From NCBI GenBank assembly GCA_963793265.1, contig CAWBZI010000001.1, forward strand, positions 192,001 to 256,000: 64,000 nt of DNA. Reading direction: 5' to 3'. Of the stretch, positions 36,533 through 46,509 are shown in pieces. The notes beneath the pieces were generated by a model, which was not told the origin of the DNA, did no database searches, and saw only the letters and a program-made list of their open reading frames with translations. The DNA is from an uncultured cyanobacterium (GTDB lineage Bacteria; Cyanobacteriota; Cyanobacteriia; Phormidesmidales; Phormidesmidaceae). Each line of letters opens with the position of its first letter. Positions within the stretch are counted from its first letter, which is position 1. The translations under genes and the position numbers were made by a program.

Positions 36533-36702
36533 TGCTAGCATTGGTAGACCGCCAATCACTACACACAGCCCTCTAACAGCGTTAGAGATAAGCGATGATT
36601 CACTCACTCCCCCCCATTCTGTCCGCCCATTAGAGATGGCAGCAAAGACAGTCAAACCCCTCTAGCGGCAAGCATTTCAAGAAATATTCGGGAGGCTCCA
36701 CG

Positions 36703-36756
36703 ATGGCTATAATTACTACTTACCTATTCACTGCACCGATTAAAGTACGGCGATAG
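36703..36756 (+). CDS. Putative leader peptide MAIITTYLFTAPIKVRR (17 aa)
   Basis: GGGAGG at 36690-36695, ATG 36703, TAG 36754-36756; lies between the promoter and the ABC exporter gene. Confidence 0.6.
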   Translation: MAIITTYLFTAPIKVRR

Positions 36757-37089
36757 ATTCACGCGTCTTTTCTTAATAGGTTTCAGCAAAATCTCAAGAC
36801 ACTTTTCATCCTCAGCTTTCACAGTAGCTAGCGTGTAAGCAAACATTTTGCATTGCTAAAGTTCTAGTATCAGAGCGCAGCAATCCACTATGGCTGCCTG
36901 GGCATAGTCGCCTATTACGCTGCATCAGTACAGGTGTAAAAGCGTCTTACAAAACATTTTCAGCAGTAGAATGCTGAAATAATTTGCTGTTCTCCTTTAT
37001 CTGTTACTTTACAACAGATAAAGAAGAGTGCCTTTTGACTGGCCTATTAAATTTTCCTATCCATTCAATACCCTCATATCTTTAGACCC

Positions 37090-38899
37090 ATGCAAAAGTT
37101 TTTAACTATCTTGGGCTACTATCAGCGCTATTGGAGAATCACCATCTTCAGTGCCGCGATGATGAGCCTTTTTGAAGTAATAGACCTCTTCGTACCCTAC
37201 GCGACTGGGCAAATTCTCAATCTAATCTCACAGCAAACTATAGACGATAGGCTTCAACAGACCATCAACTACATTGCAGGGGTCTTCAACCAGCCAGTTA
37301 CTCAAGAATTCTCGCTGATTGTGTTAGTGGTTCTAATCGGTATTGTCACCGTGGGCCGCGCCCCGATTCAGCCCTGGCTAGGAGGATGGTTTGGCTGGGA
37401 CACCGCTTTTCGCGCGCGCCGGGAGAACGCAGAGAAAGGCGTTGAAGAAGATTCTGACACTACCGCTGGAATTTTATGACGAAAACAACCCTGGTCGGAT
37501 TGCGGCAAGGGTCGCGAAAGGGCTTTCAAACTTTACCTGGACATATCCAAGCATCACCGAGCAGCTCATTCCTAAAACGGTTCGTATTCTTGGCATCTTT
37601 GTTGTCATTAGCCTAATCGACTGGCGAATTGCAGCAATTGTGCTGGTGTCGGTCAGCGGCATTTTGCTGCAAAGCTTTTTAGGCTTAAAAGAGCTTTCAG
37701 CGCGAGAAGAAAAGCTCGATACCTACATCGAAAACACAGATAGCCGTAATTCAGAGATTATCTCTAATATCAAAACGGTGAAAGCCTTTGGCAACGAACT
37801 CACTGAGCTAAAGCGCCAAACGCAAAGGCTAGATCGCGAATTCAAGGTGCTCGACTATCGTATTCACAAGGGCTACACGATACTCAGCACGTACCAAAGA
37901 ACTTTTGTACAAAGCTGTATGTTTGTAGTTCTTGCTTCTACGCTATGGCTCACGGTTAACGGCAATATTTCTATCGGTCACTTCATCACCACGCTTACAG
38001 TAGCGAGTATGGCCTATGCCGAGGTCAATCCCATTTGCGATTTGGCTGAAATGTTTGCCAGGCGATACGCGCCGATGTCCAGGTTCCAAGAGTTCACGGC
38101 CCTACCGCCAGGCAGAGATGCAGGCGCGCTGCTGCCAGATACGCCAACCTACGAGTTCACAGGCAAAGTTCATTTTCACGGGCTTACCTTTGGCTACAAC
38201 CCTGCTGATCCAGTGCTAAAAAACATTGAGCTGCTGATTGAGCCCTATCAGACGGTGGCCTTAGTCGGGCGGTCTGGTTCAGGAAAATCTACGTTAGTGA
38301 AGCTGTTGTTGCGCTATTTTGAGCCTGATGACGGCGCGCTACTGATAGACGGCAAAGATATTCGACAACTTGACGTTACGGGCTATCGCAAGCGGCTCGC
38401 TATCGTGCATCAAGAGGTTGATATCTTTAACGGCACGCTAATGGATAATCTGTTGTACGGAAATCCTGATGCGAGCTTTGAAGAGATTGAAACAGCCTGC
38501 AAAATTGCGCAGGCCCACGATTTTATTCAACAGCTTCCAAAGGGCTATTTCACGACAGTAGGAGAGCGTGGCGTACGGCTTTCGGGTGGTCAGCGGCAGC
38601 GGATTGGGATTGCGAGAGCTTTAGTCGTAAACCCTGATGTGCTGGTGTTTGATGAGGCGACCTCTAGCCTGGATTATGAGTCTGAACGGGCGATTCAGGT
38701 GGCGATGCGATCGCTCTTTGGCACCCGAACACTCATCATCATCGCTCACCGCCTCAGCACCGTTCGCGATGCTGATAAGATTGTTGTTCTCGATCAGGGC
38801 AGCATTAGCCAAGTGGGTGCTCACGACGAGCTGATCGAAGAAGGTGGGCTTTATCGGAGGCTACATGCGCTGCAAGAAAGTGGCGAGCTGATTGATTAG
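37090..38899 (+). CDS. ABC exporter, fused TMD+NBD (MsbA/Sav1866-like), with a 1-bp frameshift at 37426-37427
   Basis: ORFs 37090-37479 and 37391-38899 join as RARRE/TQRKALKKILTLPLEFYD; GRSGSGKST, LSGGQRQR, FDEATSSLD, IAHRLSTV. Confidence 0.9.
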
Positions 38900-38904
38900 G
38901 GTTG

Positions 38905-38945
38905 CTGCTGTGCTCTCTAACCTAAGAAGTTAGGGAGTACAGCAG
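38905..38945 (+). terminator. Hairpin directly after the ABC exporter stop
   Basis: CTGCTGTGCTCTCTAAC / GTTAGGGAGTACAGCAG 17-bp stem with two G-U pairs on the + strand. Confidence 0.6.
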
Positions 38946-39013
38946 TCTCGTACAATAATTGTGCCAAAGAGTATCTGTGTATTACACTAATAAATAGCTA
39001 AGCTCACTGGTAA

Positions 39014-39184
39014 ACAGATGGTTGCCAATGGATTGCCGACTGGCGGCTTAAGCAAATTGAAGTTTATCGGCGGCAAGCCGCTCAGCTACGGCTAGTAGAG
39101 ACACTGGTGGTTGGTGATGCGCTTACTTCACCGCTACTACCAGGATTTAACTGCCCACTCGCAGCTATTTTTCAATTGCCTTAA
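39014..39184 (+). pseudogene. C-terminal remnant of a Uma2 (DUF820) family endonuclease
   Basis: Hand translation WIADWRLKQIEVYRRQAAQLRLVETLVVGDALTSPLLPGFNCPLAAIFQLP*; in-frame stop at 39011 and no start codon. Confidence 0.8.
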
Positions 39185-39202
39185 CTAATTTACCCGATTG
39201 AT

Positions 39203-39817
39203 TTAGTTAGGTGCTCGGTATTGAATTTGGACGCGATCGCTAAACCGGCTCTCTTTTTTACGAAACGTCTCTCTTTTCACTACGCTCAGCCCAATCTCTT
39301 CAAACTGGGCCAGCTCTTTTTGCGAAAGCGGCCAGGGCGGGCCATCAGGAATATCATCAGACTCTCTGGTGTAAGTCGCTAATAGCAAAGTGCCACCCGG
39401 TTTCGGTAAAGCGGCGATTCGAGCAATGGCCTCTGTTCTGACGCTTACGGGCAGTGCTTGAACGGTGCGAAACTCAAAAACAACATCAAACGAACCAAGC
39501 CAATCAGCAGGCAGATTAAACAGATCAGCCGCGACATAGTGAACTGAAGAGTTAGGGAAGCGCTCTTTGGCCCAGGCGATCGCACTTTGCGAAACATCAA
39601 AAGCCGTCACCTCAAATCCCGCCTTTGCCAGCGCCTCGGCGTCATCACCCAAACCGCAGCCGACGACAACAGCCGATTTCCCGGTGCCATCGACACTGTT
39701 TTGACTAAGCCAATTAGTGAGGTAGGGCACCGGGCCTGATAGCGCCCAAGGTACCTGGGAGGTATCACCCGAAGCCTTTGCATAAAGCGGCTCAAACCAA
39801 TCGTATGTGTCTTCCAT
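39203..39817 (-). CDS. Class I SAM-dependent methyltransferase (TPMT/thiol methyltransferase-like)
   Basis: WFEPLY..VPW, VVGCGLGDDA, AFDVS, ADLF, GPPWPLS. Confidence 0.9.
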   Translation of the reverse strand: MEDTYDWFEPLYAKASGDTSQVPWALSGPVPYLTNWLSQNSVDGTGKSAVVVGCGLGDDAEALAKAGFEVTAFDVSQSAIAWAKERFPNSSVHYVAADLFNLPADWLGSFDVVFEFRTVQALPVSVRTEAIARIAALPKPGGTLLLATYTRESDDIPDGPPWPLSQKELAQFEEIGLSVVKRETFRKKESRFSDRVQIQYRAPN

Positions 39818-40037
39818 AATACGCAGCTATCAACAAGACTTATTGTAGCGCCGTTCAAGCTACCTTCTCGAACTCATCAGATCTACGGAAGGTTTTCAGT
39901 TTTTTGGAACTATCAAACCTCTCCTTCAGTGTCATCTCTGAAAAAGGAAGAGAATTAAACAACAACATATCTCCGGGTACAAGAAAGTTATTGAGAATAA
40001 GTAATAGACCGCACATCGAAGCACGTCTATACATTTT

Positions 40038-42557
40038 ATGGCTCAACCCAGCGCTCAAGAACAGCTTTTACTAGAGCTTACTAACCGATTTCGACTAAAC
40101 CCAGCCGCCGAATATGACCTGCTCGTAAACTCAGATAATACCGATGTTATCAATGCGCTCAACTTTTTCGGCGTAGATTTATCCGTGCTTGCCAACCAGT
40201 GGAATTCTCTGGTTGCAGCGCCAGTTTTAGCCTGGTCTAGCCAGATGAATGAGTCAGCCGCCGTTCACAACCAGCTCATGATTGACTACGATCAGCAAAG
40301 TCATTCCCTACCCGGCGAGCCTGGCATTCTCGATCGCATCAACAGTGCAGGCACTAACCACTATACTTCTGTTGCAGAGAATATCTACGCCTACTCAACT
40401 TCTCCTTTTCACACTCACGCAGGCTTTGTTATAGATTGGGGAGACGATGACAACAATAGTAGCAACGGATTCGGTACGGGCATTCAGAATCCCGCAGGCC
40501 ACCGTGTCAGCATCCTAAGCCCTAGCTATCGAGAGATCGGAATATCTATTGTTGAAGAAACCGATCCTGCAACGGCAGTTGGGCCTTTGGTGGTGACTCA
40601 GCACTTTGGTAAGCAGGCTTCAGTTACGGAGGCTTGGCTATTGGGCGTGGCCTTTCAGGACTTCGACGACGATGACTTTTATAGCGTTGGCGAAGGACTA
40701 GGCGATGTCACCGTTAATATATCCAGCAGCACTTTCAATACTTCGGTGCAAACTGGGCTAGCCGGAGGCTATCAAACCCTTTTGCCTCAAGGTACCTACA
40801 ACGTAGACTTTATCCGCAACGGTCAGTTGCTACAAGCCTACGACGATGTAGTAGTAGGTAGCAACAACGTTAAAAGAGACTTGTTAGTTGAGGTAAGTCC
40901 TGAACCTAACGCAGGAATGGGCAAAGTAGTAGGCATTCAGTTTGATGATGCTAATGAGAATGGCGAAAGAGATGCGGGCGAGCTAGGCATTGCTGGGCGC
41001 ACCGTTTTTGTTGATGCTAACCGGAACAAACAGCTTGACGATGGCGAGCGTTCGGCTATTACAAACGCTGACGGCGTTTATACTTTCAACAATCTAGCGC
41101 CTGGCACCTATCATATTCTGTCAGTGCTCCCAGCAGGTAGAGCGCAAACGTTTCCAGATCCTAGCGCGCCAATTGGTTCTGAGACTTACCAGCTTGATAG
41201 CGGTAGCGGCAATAGCTGGGTGGGGTTTACAGAAGATGTGATCGCCTTCAACCGGTTTGAAACGATTGCTAATCAAGAAACACTAACCTCTATCACTGTT
41301 GGCCTCTCTTCTCAGGGCAATCCCACAAAGCTGTTCATCTATCAAGATGCTGATGGCGACAATACACCAGACGACAGCGAGAAGGTGTTAGAGATTGCGC
41401 CGACGCTTGCGGGCAGCAATGGGTTTGCGAACGTTGCGATCGCACCCACCCTCGTAAACGGTACCTTCTTCGTAGGTGCTCTGTACGAAAAACCAACCTC
41501 AGACTACAACTGGATAATCAGAGATACGGTTTCTCCTGCGAACCAGTCCTGGTTCGCAGTTACACCCAGTCCTAATAGCTTCACTGCCCAGTCTTATGAC
41601 GCTGCTAACTGGCTGCTTAGAGCCAATGCAGCAGGGTTGGTGTCGCAGATTGTCACAGTAGCGGCAAACGAGACAGTGAGTAATGTAGATTTTGGAGATC
41701 GCACCGATATCAACATCATTACAGGCACTGCTCAAGCTGATTCGCTCAGAGGCAGCAGCAAAAAAGACAGTATCTCGGGTAAAGCCGGGAACGACATAAT
41801 TCTTGGCTTTGGCGGTGATGACCTGCTCAATGGAGATGGTGGTAGAGACACGATTAAAGGTGGGGGCGGTAACGACAGGCTGAGAGGGGGGGCTGATAAC
41901 GATGTTCTGATGGGTCAGACTGGCAACGACAGCATTAATGGCGGCAATGGCAACGACACTATCTCAGGAGATGCTGGTAACGATACCTTGGATGGCGTGA
42001 ATGGCAACGACACACTTGACGGCGGTAGCGGTGATGACCTGTTGCGTGGCGGCGATGGCCGCGATACTTTGAATGGCGGCATCGGTCATGACAATATTGT
42101 TGGGGGCAATACTAAAGACTTTCTCTTTGGCGGCAGCGGGCGCGATCGCCTCGACGGTAACGGCGGCTTTGATGAGCTTACGGGGGGCACAGGCGATGAC
42201 CTGCTGCGTGGTCAGGCGGGCGACGACATTCTTATTGGTACCGATCCGAATGCTGCCGGTCAGGCTCGAAAAGAAATTGATAACTTGATCGGTGGCATAG
42301 GTGCCGACAGGTTTGTTTTAGGCGATCGCAATGCCGCTTTTTACAACAGCTTAGGCAGCGCTGACTATGCCATTATTAGAGACTTTAAGCTATCAGAGAA
42401 TGACACCATTCAGCTTAAAGGCAGCAGCAGTGACTATAGCCTGAGAACGCTTGGCAATAGCACATTTGTCTTTTCGAGCAGCGATAGTAGCGAGCTAGTC
42501 AGCATTGCTAAAGGCGTGACGCTCAATAGCTTTAGCAGCGGGTTTACTTTTGTTTAG
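40038..42557 (+). CDS. Secreted CAP(SCP)-domain protein with SdrD-B-like domain and RTX Ca-binding repeats
   Basis: EQLLLELTNRFR, AENI, PAGHRVSIL..YREIGI..VTQHFG; FDDANENGERDAGE; many GGxGxD nonapeptides. Confidence 0.88.
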   Translation: MAQPSAQEQLLLELTNRFRLNPAAEYDLLVNSDNTDVINALNFFGVDLSVLANQWNSLVAAPVLAWSSQMNESAAVHNQLMIDYDQQSHSLPGEPGILDRINSAGTNHYTSVAENIYAYSTSPFHTHAGFVIDWGDDDNNSSNGFGTGIQNPAGHRVSILSPSYREIGISIVEETDPATAVGPLVVTQHFGKQASVTEAWLLGVAFQDFDDDDFYSVGEGLGDVTVNISSSTFNTSVQTGLAGGYQTLLPQGTYNVDFIRNGQLLQAYDDVVVGSNNVKRDLLVEVSPEPNAGMGKVVGIQFDDANENGERDAGELGIAGRTVFVDANRNKQLDDGERSAITNADGVYTFNNLAPGTYHILSVLPAGRAQTFPDPSAPIGSETYQLDSGSGNSWVGFTEDVIAFNRFETIANQETLTSITVGLSSQGNPTKLFIYQDADGDNTPDDSEKVLEIAPTLAGSNGFANVAIAPTLVNGTFFVGALYEKPTSDYNWIIRDTVSPANQSWFAVTPSPNSFTAQSYDAANWLLRANAAGLVSQIVTVAANETVSNVDFGDRTDINIITGTAQADSLRGSSKKDSISGKAGNDIILGFGGDDLLNGDGGRDTIKGGGGNDRLRGGADNDVLMGQTGNDSINGGNGNDTISGDAGNDTLDGVNGNDTLDGGSGDDLLRGGDGRDTLNGGIGHDNIVGGNTKDFLFGGSGRDRLDGNGGFDELTGGTGDDLLRGQAGDDILIGTDPNAAGQARKEIDNLIGGIGADRFVLGDRNAAFYNSLGSADYAIIRDFKLSENDTIQLKGSSSDYSLRTLGNSTFVFSSSDSSELVSIAKGVTLNSFSSGFTFV

Positions 42558-42566
42558 GGCAAAAAT

Positions 42567-42619
42567 TAGAAAGGGCTATATACGCTACGTGATGCGTGTA
42601 GCGTATATAGCCCTTTCTA
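42567..42619. terminator. Perfect 22-bp inverted repeat between convergent genes (bidirectional terminator-like)
   Basis: TAGAAAGGGCTATATACGCTAC (42567-42588) / GTAGCGTATATAGCCCTTTCTA (42598-42619). Confidence 0.8.
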
Positions 42620-43219
42620 GCCATTGTTCTTTGTGGTGCTAGTGCTATCGGGCCACCCGGTCGCTAGCCAAACCCAACTTCGCACAATATCGCGAGGAAT
42701 CTTCCAGGCGTGCTCTCCAGATTCGATCATATTTTTCTCTGTCACCTGCACGTTCACAGGCGTACACACAATCCCTCGGCTACCAAATATCCAGAAGGCA
42801 ATCACCTCAGCACGGGGCATGTGATAGTCAGCAGTGACCAAATACACATGGCGAATGTTGTGGGCTCGTAGCGCTGCTACTGTGGTTGTAAAGTTCATAA
42901 GGGTGTCGGTAGCCCGATCGTCAATGATCACGCGATCATGCGGCACACCTGCATCTGCAAATCGTTGATAGATAATATCAGGCGATCGCTGCGTAGATAT
43001 CCAGGCGGTCATCTCTGACTCGTGCTGCGCTAGCTGAGCCGCTTGGATATCTCGTTGTTTCTCTCCGCCCAGCATCAAAATAGCTTGAGGATCAGGCACT
43101 TGATGCCTAGCAATTTTCAGACGCACACTGATAAAGACCGTAGTCAGCACCAGGCACAGCACCCCGCCGCCAAACCCTAGCTTCAAAGATCTGCTGATCC
43201 AAACGTTTACCTCATCCAT
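42617..43219 (-). CDS. YdcF/DUF218 (SanA/ElyC-like) protein
   Basis: N-terminal TM, AILMLGG..R, ATDTLMNF, LVTADYHMPRA. Confidence 0.88.
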   Translation of the reverse strand: MDEVNVWISRSLKLGFGGGVLCLVLTTVFISVRLKIARHQVPDPQAILMLGGEKQRDIQAAQLAQHESEMTAWISTQRSPDIIYQRFADAGVPHDRVIIDDRATDTLMNFTTTVAALRAHNIRHVYLVTADYHMPRAEVIAFWIFGSRGIVCTPVNVQVTEKNMIESGEHAWKIPRDIVRSWVWLATGWPDSTSTTKNNG

Positions 43220-43238
43220 CCGCTATTTACTAAACCAC

Positions 43239-44102
43239 TTACCACTGGTAGCCTAGCTTGTTCAGCGCAGTCTCTAAATGAGGGCGAATTTGTGCCATCG
43301 TTTCAGCGTCAAGTACATCCGTCCAAACTCTCTGCCGACTTGGATCGGCGCTGCTGGTTACAAAGTCAATTAGCGGCTGGCTAGCTGGCAGCTCTGCAAA
43401 CGCTGTAATTGCTGACATCGTTGTTTCAGGCTGCGCAATCAAATCTTCATAGCGAAAACGATAGTAGTGCGAAGCGGGCAATTTGCTCCCATCTTCTACC
43501 GCCTGCGTCGCTGTCGCGGCCCATTGCTTTGCCAATATAACAGGCTGCGGATGGTTGCCTACCCAGTCTTGCCAGCCTGCCGGACGCGGCCCCCAAAAGG
43601 GAATGGGCTTACCGGCTAGCTTACTTAGCAAAGTCTCTTGAATTCTAGGCCAGTGAGCAGGCCACTCAGCTATTGGCGTTTCAACAAGCATTTCACTAAA
43701 GCGACTCTTCAGCTTATCAGGCCGGTAAAATCCAGTTTCTAGCATGTCGCTTGCTGAGCTAAATACAGAGCGTCCGTCGCGAATCACGTGAATAATTTTG
43801 GCGTCAGGAAATACCTTATGAATAAACGGCAGGCGCAGGCAGTTACTCGGCGTTTTCTCAAACAAACGCGCTTTTCCCTCTGCGGCTACAAACTGCTGAA
43901 ACCGGCTGCGAATATGCTCGACAACCTTCGGCTGAGCATCTTCAGAGGTAAGCACATCATCTTTTCGATAGTTGTTGCCCCACGACCATACGTAGCGCGG
44001 CTCCATCCAGCAGGCCAAATCAGGGTGCCGAGAAAATACGCGGGTTAGCCATGAGGTACCTGAGCGATGGGTACCGACTAATATAATAGGAGAGTTGATC
44101 AT
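43239..44102 (-). CDS. Sulfotransferase
   Basis: 5'-PSB VGTHRSGTS, EKTP, 3'-PB IRDGRSVFSS, RYEDL. Confidence 0.92.
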   Translation of the reverse strand: MINSPIILVGTHRSGTSWLTRVFSRHPDLACWMEPRYVWSWGNNYRKDDVLTSEDAQPKVVEHIRSRFQQFVAAEGKARLFEKTPSNCLRLPFIHKVFPDAKIIHVIRDGRSVFSSASDMLETGFYRPDKLKSRFSEMLVETPIAEWPAHWPRIQETLLSKLAGKPIPFWGPRPAGWQDWVGNHPQPVILAKQWAATATQAVEDGSKLPASHYYRFRYEDLIAQPETTMSAITAFAELPASQPLIDFVTSSADPSRQRVWTDVLDAETMAQIRPHLETALNKLGYQW

Positions 44103-45340
44103 GGGTTCGTAACAACACCTGTAGGAGAGTTTTTTGGAAGCGTAAGCGTTGTGGCCTCTGTCTCTAAAGAGACGTTTAGAATATCGGCATATTCGTTAGC
44201 CAGTCGGCGGGCAATACTATCCCACGTGTAGTTATCAAAAATGAATTGCTTGGCTTGTTTGCCCATTGCTTGCGCCTCAGCAGGTTCTGCAAAGCAGCTA
44301 AATAGCGCTTCAGAGATTGCCGTGCTATCAATTGCAACTTCGTGGGCGACGCCAGCCTCACGGGCCTCAGCGAAATTACAGCCAGTGGTAAATATGCAGG
44401 GGAGTGCTGCTGCCATCCCTTCGAGTATTGACATACTGAAACCCTCAGAGCGTGAGGGGGCTACATATACGCTTGCTGCTGATAGTGCCGCTAGCTTTAA
44501 ATCGCCTTTAATCATGCCTGTAAATGTGGTCTGCTCCACGCAGCCCGCCGTTTCAAAATAAGCTTTGGCGGTGGGCAAAAAGTCGATGCTATCTGGCCCA
44601 GCAACAACAAGGTGAGCATTAGGGTAAGCCTTTGCTAGTGGCGCAAAAGCAGCCGCTAAAAGATCTAATCCCTTTTTAGGATCGATACGGCCTAAGAATA
44701 GGATTAGTGACTTATCTTTTAGATGTGGGTACTGATCGTAAAATAGTTGCGTCGTCGGTAGCTGCTCAAACTGCTTGCAGTGAATACCATTAGGGACTAG
44801 CGCTGTTTTCTTCAGCCCTAAATCACGAATTTGTTCTACTTCAACAGACGTTAAGGCTTGAATAGCAGCGGCTTTTTGAAGCGATCGCCCCTCAACTAGC
44901 CGGTAATAAAGCTTCTTCTTCCATGCCTTGTAGGCCAGCGCCCAAGGCTCTAACATGCCGTGAGGCGTCATGACGTAGGGTATGCGCTTTATTTGAGCGA
45001 TCGCATGGGCCATATCCATTAGCGGCGTAAATAGCGTATGGGTATGAATCAAATCATAGTCACTTGCATGTCGCCATAGCCATTGCAACAAATCGCGGCT
45101 CAAAACAAAATCGTTACGATTCCAGCTCGCAAAATACTGCACGCGATAAGGCGTCTGTTCATTACCTTGTTCTATCCAAGTATTCAGCGGCACCGCTAGC
45201 TTCGTTGCGTCGTTAGCATTCGTCGTCACCAAATCTATTGTCAGCGGCTGCTTACCCAGCGCGCCGACAATTTCAGGAACGACCGTCGCAATCCCACCAT
45301 ATACTGGCCCCAGATAAGGCGCAATCATCAAAATCTTCAT
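44099..45340 (-). CDS. GT4 family glycosyltransferase
   Basis: MKILMIAP..GG, TPHGML, FLGRIDPKKGLD, SRSEGFSMSILEGMA; start 45340 or 45379. Confidence 0.92.
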   Translation of the reverse strand: MKILMIAPYLGPVYGGIATVVPEIVGALGKQPLTIDLVTTNANDATKLAVPLNTWIEQGNEQTPYRVQYFASWNRNDFVLSRDLLQWLWRHASDYDLIHTHTLFTPLMDMAHAIAQIKRIPYVMTPHGMLEPWALAYKAWKKKLYYRLVEGRSLQKAAAIQALTSVEVEQIRDLGLKKTALVPNGIHCKQFEQLPTTQLFYDQYPHLKDKSLILFLGRIDPKKGLDLLAAAFAPLAKAYPNAHLVVAGPDSIDFLPTAKAYFETAGCVEQTTFTGMIKGDLKLAALSAASVYVAPSRSEGFSMSILEGMAAALPCIFTTGCNFAEAREAGVAHEVAIDSTAISEALFSCFAEPAEAQAMGKQAKQFIFDNYTWDSIARRLANEYADILNVSLETEATTLTLPKNSPTGVVTNP

Positions 45341-45371
45341 AGAAAAAACGGCATCCCTAATTGATAAAATC

Positions 45372-46400
45372 TCAGGCAACTATCGGCAGTTCCGACTTTC
45401 TTCTCACATCTTCTCTCTGCGACATTTCTGTCTGTGACGTTGCATCGTGCTTAGCCCGCACCGATCTCGCGCTTTGAGAGAACTGATATCTGTGCTGATA
45501 GTCATTGAACGCCTCGGCCATATCTTCAGGCAGTTCAATCGTTCTAGCCAAAGACTTTTGCAACCTAATTTCACTAGCTGCTAAAGTCAGCCACTCAGCC
45601 GGTGCTGAGAGCCCCAAAAAGTCACAGAGCTGCCTCAAAACTTGCTCGGGTTCTTCTACAAACTGCTCATACACAATCTCGCAAAGTTGAGAGCCCAAAG
45701 GCTTTCGCCACCTATCCATTTCTGCTAGGCTCGTAAGCCATTCGTATGCGCCGCGCTGAGACTCTTTCGTAAGCTGTTCTACTTCATTGGGCCAATAGCC
45801 TGCTTGGGCACCTTCGCGCTGAAGCCGATTCCACTTTTCACCCGCAATACCCCACCACTGATTTAAATCAGGTTTGCCTGCAATTTTATAAGGGCTTCCG
45901 GTTGCCAGGCGGCTGATAGAGTGGGCAACATCTACGCCATCGCGGACAATATGAACAAACCTAGCGTGAGGGGCAAGCGCTCTTAAGTAGCCAATCCGAA
46001 ATACGTTCAGCGGCGTTTTCTCTAGCATCATTTGGGCCTGCTTACTCGGCCAGAACAAACGCGAAAACAGGTTGTGAGAATCTTCACTTACCAGATCCTC
46101 ATCCATCATGAGCTGAGCGCTGCCCTGATGGTAAAGATTGAGCACATCGCTACGCTGATCGACGGCTGCCCAAAGATGATAAGGCTCAAATCGATAGCTG
46201 ATCTGTGGATGGGTTGCCATCACTTTGCCTAAAATAGTCGTTCCCGAACGCCCACAGCCGACTAAGAAAGTGATTGGCGGCGCTGTCTCTAGCAGATGAT
46301 TAGCCGACGAGTGGCTAGCGCCTGATGAGCGCCACTTAGCTCTTTGATATAGCCAGGTATATTTCAGCGCCCGGAAAATAGGTTTTAAGCTCATTGCCAT
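45372..46400 (-). CDS. Sulfotransferase
   Basis: VGCGRSGTT, EKTP, HIVRDGVDVAHS; ATG 46400 preferred. Confidence 0.9.
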   Translation of the reverse strand: MAMSLKPIFRALKYTWLYQRAKWRSSGASHSSANHLLETAPPITFLVGCGRSGTTILGKVMATHPQISYRFEPYHLWAAVDQRSDVLNLYHQGSAQLMMDEDLVSEDSHNLFSRLFWPSKQAQMMLEKTPLNVFRIGYLRALAPHARFVHIVRDGVDVAHSISRLATGSPYKIAGKPDLNQWWGIAGEKWNRLQREGAQAGYWPNEVEQLTKESQRGAYEWLTSLAEMDRWRKPLGSQLCEIVYEQFVEEPEQVLRQLCDFLGLSAPAEWLTLAASEIRLQKSLARTIELPEDMAEAFNDYQHRYQFSQSARSVRAKHDATSQTEMSQREDVRRKSELPIVA

Positions 46401-46509
46401 AAAACTGTCTCGAAGAAAACTGTTGTAGATGCTTTGACAGAGGTCTTTACAAGAAAGCACCTCCCTTTAAAGAGGTTTTTCTTGATTTATAGTCGATAGT
46501 GCCCATCAG

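Noticed and set aside
36934..36951. TGTAA...TTACA palindrome as an NtcA site
   Set aside because: Spacer is 9 nt rather than 8
39855..40058. 67-aa minus-strand ORF
   Set aside because: AT-rich divergent promoter region, overlaps the CAP-RTX start, no recognisable motif
41760..42240. Periodic ~27/54-bp repeats suggesting an array
   Set aside because: They are coding RTX GGxGxD nonapeptides, as also at 55200-55560 and 56850-57130
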